A stretch of 17,683 nt of DNA from a bacterium (GTDB lineage: Bacteria > Zhuqueibacterota > Zhuqueibacteria > Oceanimicrobiales > Oceanimicrobiaceae): the NCBI GenBank assembly GCA_046757025.1, contig JBHHXN010000111.1:1-17683 (forward strand). Direction: 5' to 3'. A program made the position numbers and the translations under genes. The notes beneath the pieces are model-generated. The model worked only from the letters and a program-made list of their open reading frames with translations. It was not told the origin of the DNA and did no database searches. The first letter of the stretch is position 1, and every line of letters starts with the position of its first letter. Below are positions 16,101-17,683 of the stretch, in pieces.

Positions 16101-16150
16101 ATCTTACCCGATGTGAGGCCTATTTAACCAGCAAACGTTTTATCAGCTAA
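13109..16150 (+). CDS. PlsA-like Fe-S protein: two BadF/BadG/BcrA/BcrD (ASKHA) activase domains plus a DUF2229 reductase/dehydratase-like domain
   Basis: Two copies of GIDIGxxST, EIGG, CAAGTG, RCxVF, GGxAxN and GAA. Cys cluster FTCKACSNYC...GDQC. C-terminal AEPCFP, LVGRPYN, FKCGPD and DEHS..AG..TRCEA. Shine-Dalgarno GGGAGGAG. Confidence 0.9.
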   Translation: MAITIGIDIGAISTKIGIVGHPDHSDFFESLKGKNLFVPITHRAIRPFLITRYTRSRGKPAETTLQLLQQMNALLTNPDIRGIRICGSGDALLSKYLNTNIANEFTAIAKGIEFLYPEVRTVFEIGGANSRYLRLELDANTGIVGLIDYGKSGDCAAGTGAFLDQQASRMKYHIEDIGELVAGCSTAAKIAGRCSVFAKSDMIHAQQKGYKPEEILKGLCEAVARNFKSNIVCGKAVQPPVAFLGGVAANKGVEIALRSLYHLKDEELFVPPLFHWVAALGAAMIEYEVSRENDEQKLSFFLKDRAPVKTDAKQFPVSQFLSLDKVVLLRDRVMNTPNRKSEAKMEAYLGIDIGSVSTNLAVIDTDGNILKEIYTKTESRPIEVVNLGLQEIQAEIGDDIEIRGVGTTGSGRELIGNLIGADTINDEITAHKTGADFVGKKMLNKTVDTIFEIGGQDSKFISLENGIVVDFAMNEACAAGTGSFLEERAEELEISIKDQFAQLSLQSRGPIRLGERCTVFMERDVTAYQQSGALKEDLVAGLAYSVVYNYLNRVVRGRKIGEVIFFQGGTAYNNAVAAAFSRVLGKEIIVPPYNGVIGAIGAALLAKDKMQSSNQNTSFRGYSLENVDYTLREFTCKACSNYCNMQAFTVEEETTYWGDQCSDKFRKRAKNGKQANIEDLFQSRSDILFEGYDPKRNEEGVTIGIPLCMYTYDWFPFWKSYLYELGFNIVVSDPTNKMTKNKGHEATVAEPCFPITVSHGHVLSLFQQDVDFVLVPNMINLKPVAAEVKSYFCPWGQTLPFTISHSPLVEKYNDRILKPTLEFGYGEKVVQNSLSEMVRQFGIFQNRSNRAFQKAYNRQIEFQQKLYTHGESILKKIQSLGEKAIVLVGRPYNIYDSGVNIDIPRKIRDYYGVNLIPLDFLNVEHIDIRAINDNMFWSYGRKIIATARFVRDYPNLDLIYLTNFKCGPDSYIKHYISDALARPFLVLQFDEHSNDAGYLTRCEAYLTSKRFIS

Positions 16151-16168
16151 TCAAAAAGGGAGTGGACC

Positions 16169-17494
16169 ATGATCCAGCTTAAAAATAAAGATGGGCATCC
16201 TGGAAACAGTATAACTGAGAAGGAATATTACGATCCCTTGAAAGGGCGCAAAGTTTATGTGCCTCAAATGAGCGTTGAAGGTACCGCCTGTGTTGTAGCA
16301 GCGTTACGAGCAATTGGGCTTGAAGCGGAAGTTTACCCTGCACCCGATGAAGAAACTTTGAGACTGGGAGGACAGTTGACCTCGGGAGATGAATGCTATC
16401 CGCAGATAATAACTCTGGGAAATTTTTTGAAAATAGTAAAGGACAAGGATTTCGACCCAGATCGAACAGCCTTTTTTATGGCTACCTCTGGCGGCCCCTG
16501 TCGATTTGGCCAGTACGTTCCTTTTATGAAGAAGGTGTTTCGGGATATGGGTTACTCCCAGGTTCCCATTTTTTCTCCCATGGCTGATACCGGTTATGGA
16601 GTGTACTACAGTGGCGCTGCTGATTTCCCAAGGATGGCCATGCGTGCTTTGATGTGTGGCGACATTCTTCGAAAACTCTTGCTCAAAACCCGACCTTATG
16701 AAATAAATTCCGGGGAAACTGACAGGGTGCATCAGGAATGTTTACAGTTGATATGCAAGATCATAGAAATCCCTGAAAAATCCAGTAAAGAGAAGATGCA
16801 AGATTTGCTTTGTGGCCTGGAGGAAATCCGGGATCGCTTCCGGAAAATAAAAATAAAGAGTAACCGGGATAAACTGTTTATCGGCGTGGTTGGCGAGATA
16901 TATTGTCGGCTCGAAGAGTTTTCAAATAACTTTTTAATTCGCACAGTTGAAAGACTTGGCGGGGAAATCTGGATAGCAAATATATCGGAGTGGCTGACTT
17001 ATGTAAATTTCATGCACACCCACCGCTTGACCATCCTGAACAAAACGTTTTCAAAAGATATGCTCAAAATGAGAATCAAAACGGCTATCCTGCATAGTGA
17101 CGAGAAAAAGCTGTATAAACTATTTAAAGATGATTTTAGAGGTTATGAAGAGGCGGACCACGTGGGCGAGATTCTGGCAAGAGGCGCGCCATACCTACCT
17201 TATCGGGGTGCCTTAGGAGAAATGGCGTTGAGCGTTGGGACGAGTCTATATTTCTATGAAAAGGGTATTGACGGGATTATCGATATCAGTCCTTTCACCT
17301 GCATGAATGGAATCATCACCGAGGCCGTCTATCCCAAAATAAGCAAAGACCATAACAATTTGCCCATGCGTGTTTTCTACTTTGACGGCACTGAAACGAA
17401 TATGGAGCGGGACGTGAGTATCTTTCTTGATTTGGCACGCACATACCGCCGGCGAAAGAAGAAAACCCGGGTGTATCCTCGAGTTTTCTACTAG
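16169..17494 (+). CDS. PlsR-like 2-hydroxyacyl-CoA dehydratase-type Fe-S partner subunit
   Basis: Motifs DECYP, GGPCRFGQY, GVVGEIY, GEMA and PFTCM. Starts 18 nt after the activase gene; Shine-Dalgarno AGGGAG. Confidence 0.85.
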   Translation: MIQLKNKDGHPGNSITEKEYYDPLKGRKVYVPQMSVEGTACVVAALRAIGLEAEVYPAPDEETLRLGGQLTSGDECYPQIITLGNFLKIVKDKDFDPDRTAFFMATSGGPCRFGQYVPFMKKVFRDMGYSQVPIFSPMADTGYGVYYSGAADFPRMAMRALMCGDILRKLLLKTRPYEINSGETDRVHQECLQLICKIIEIPEKSSKEKMQDLLCGLEEIRDRFRKIKIKSNRDKLFIGVVGEIYCRLEEFSNNFLIRTVERLGGEIWIANISEWLTYVNFMHTHRLTILNKTFSKDMLKMRIKTAILHSDEKKLYKLFKDDFRGYEEADHVGEILARGAPYLPYRGALGEMALSVGTSLYFYEKGIDGIIDISPFTCMNGIITEAVYPKISKDHNNLPMRVFYFDGTETNMERDVSIFLDLARTYRRRKKKTRVYPRVFY

Positions 17495-17572
17495 CCGTCG
17501 TAAAGCGCCGGCTGGTAAGAATTGACCGCAATTTCATGACGATGTCAACTTTTTGAACGAAAAACCCAAGGC

Positions 17573-17667
17573 TGTCATTCCTGCGAATGCAGGAATCTCC
17601 TCTGGCTTCCATTTAAACTAATTCAGCGTACAAGTCTTTCCATTCTGGATTCATTTCTCGAATGACA
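17573..17667. repeat. REP-like palindrome of the GTCATTCC...GAATGAC type
   Basis: The hairpin TGTCATTCCTGCGAATGCAGGAATC is paired with a degenerate distal arm GGATTC..GAATGACA. Same motif class as 12721-12798. Confidence 0.6.
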
Positions 17668-17683
17668 TTCGCTTTGTATTCCC

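Overview
Bacterial chromosomal window with 13 credible genes. The porX-tsaE synteny and the DUF6249/ECF module suggest an FCB-related lineage such as KSB1 or Calditrichota, which is inference only. (1) A tightly coupled minus-strand operon, porX-like (receiver+PglZ)-tsaE-tsaB-rimI-accD-surE-guaA, follows a clear sigma70 promoter. (2) An uncharacterised exported protein carries four ~137-aa repeats. (3) A DUF6249-type membrane protein is transcribed divergently from an ECF sigma factor and zinc-binding anti-sigma pair, with two back-to-back TGCAAC-N16-TGTCT promoters between them. (4) A two-gene operon has the domain layout of the anaerobic plasmalogen/ether-lipid synthase PlsA-PlsR, and its promoter overlaps a palindrome. 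The intergenic spaces hold several families of short non-autonomous elements (MITE-like, with terminal inverted repeats and target-site duplications). Most carry REP-like palindromes, and several are nested or stacked. No CRISPR array, tRNA, rRNA or transposase gene was seen.
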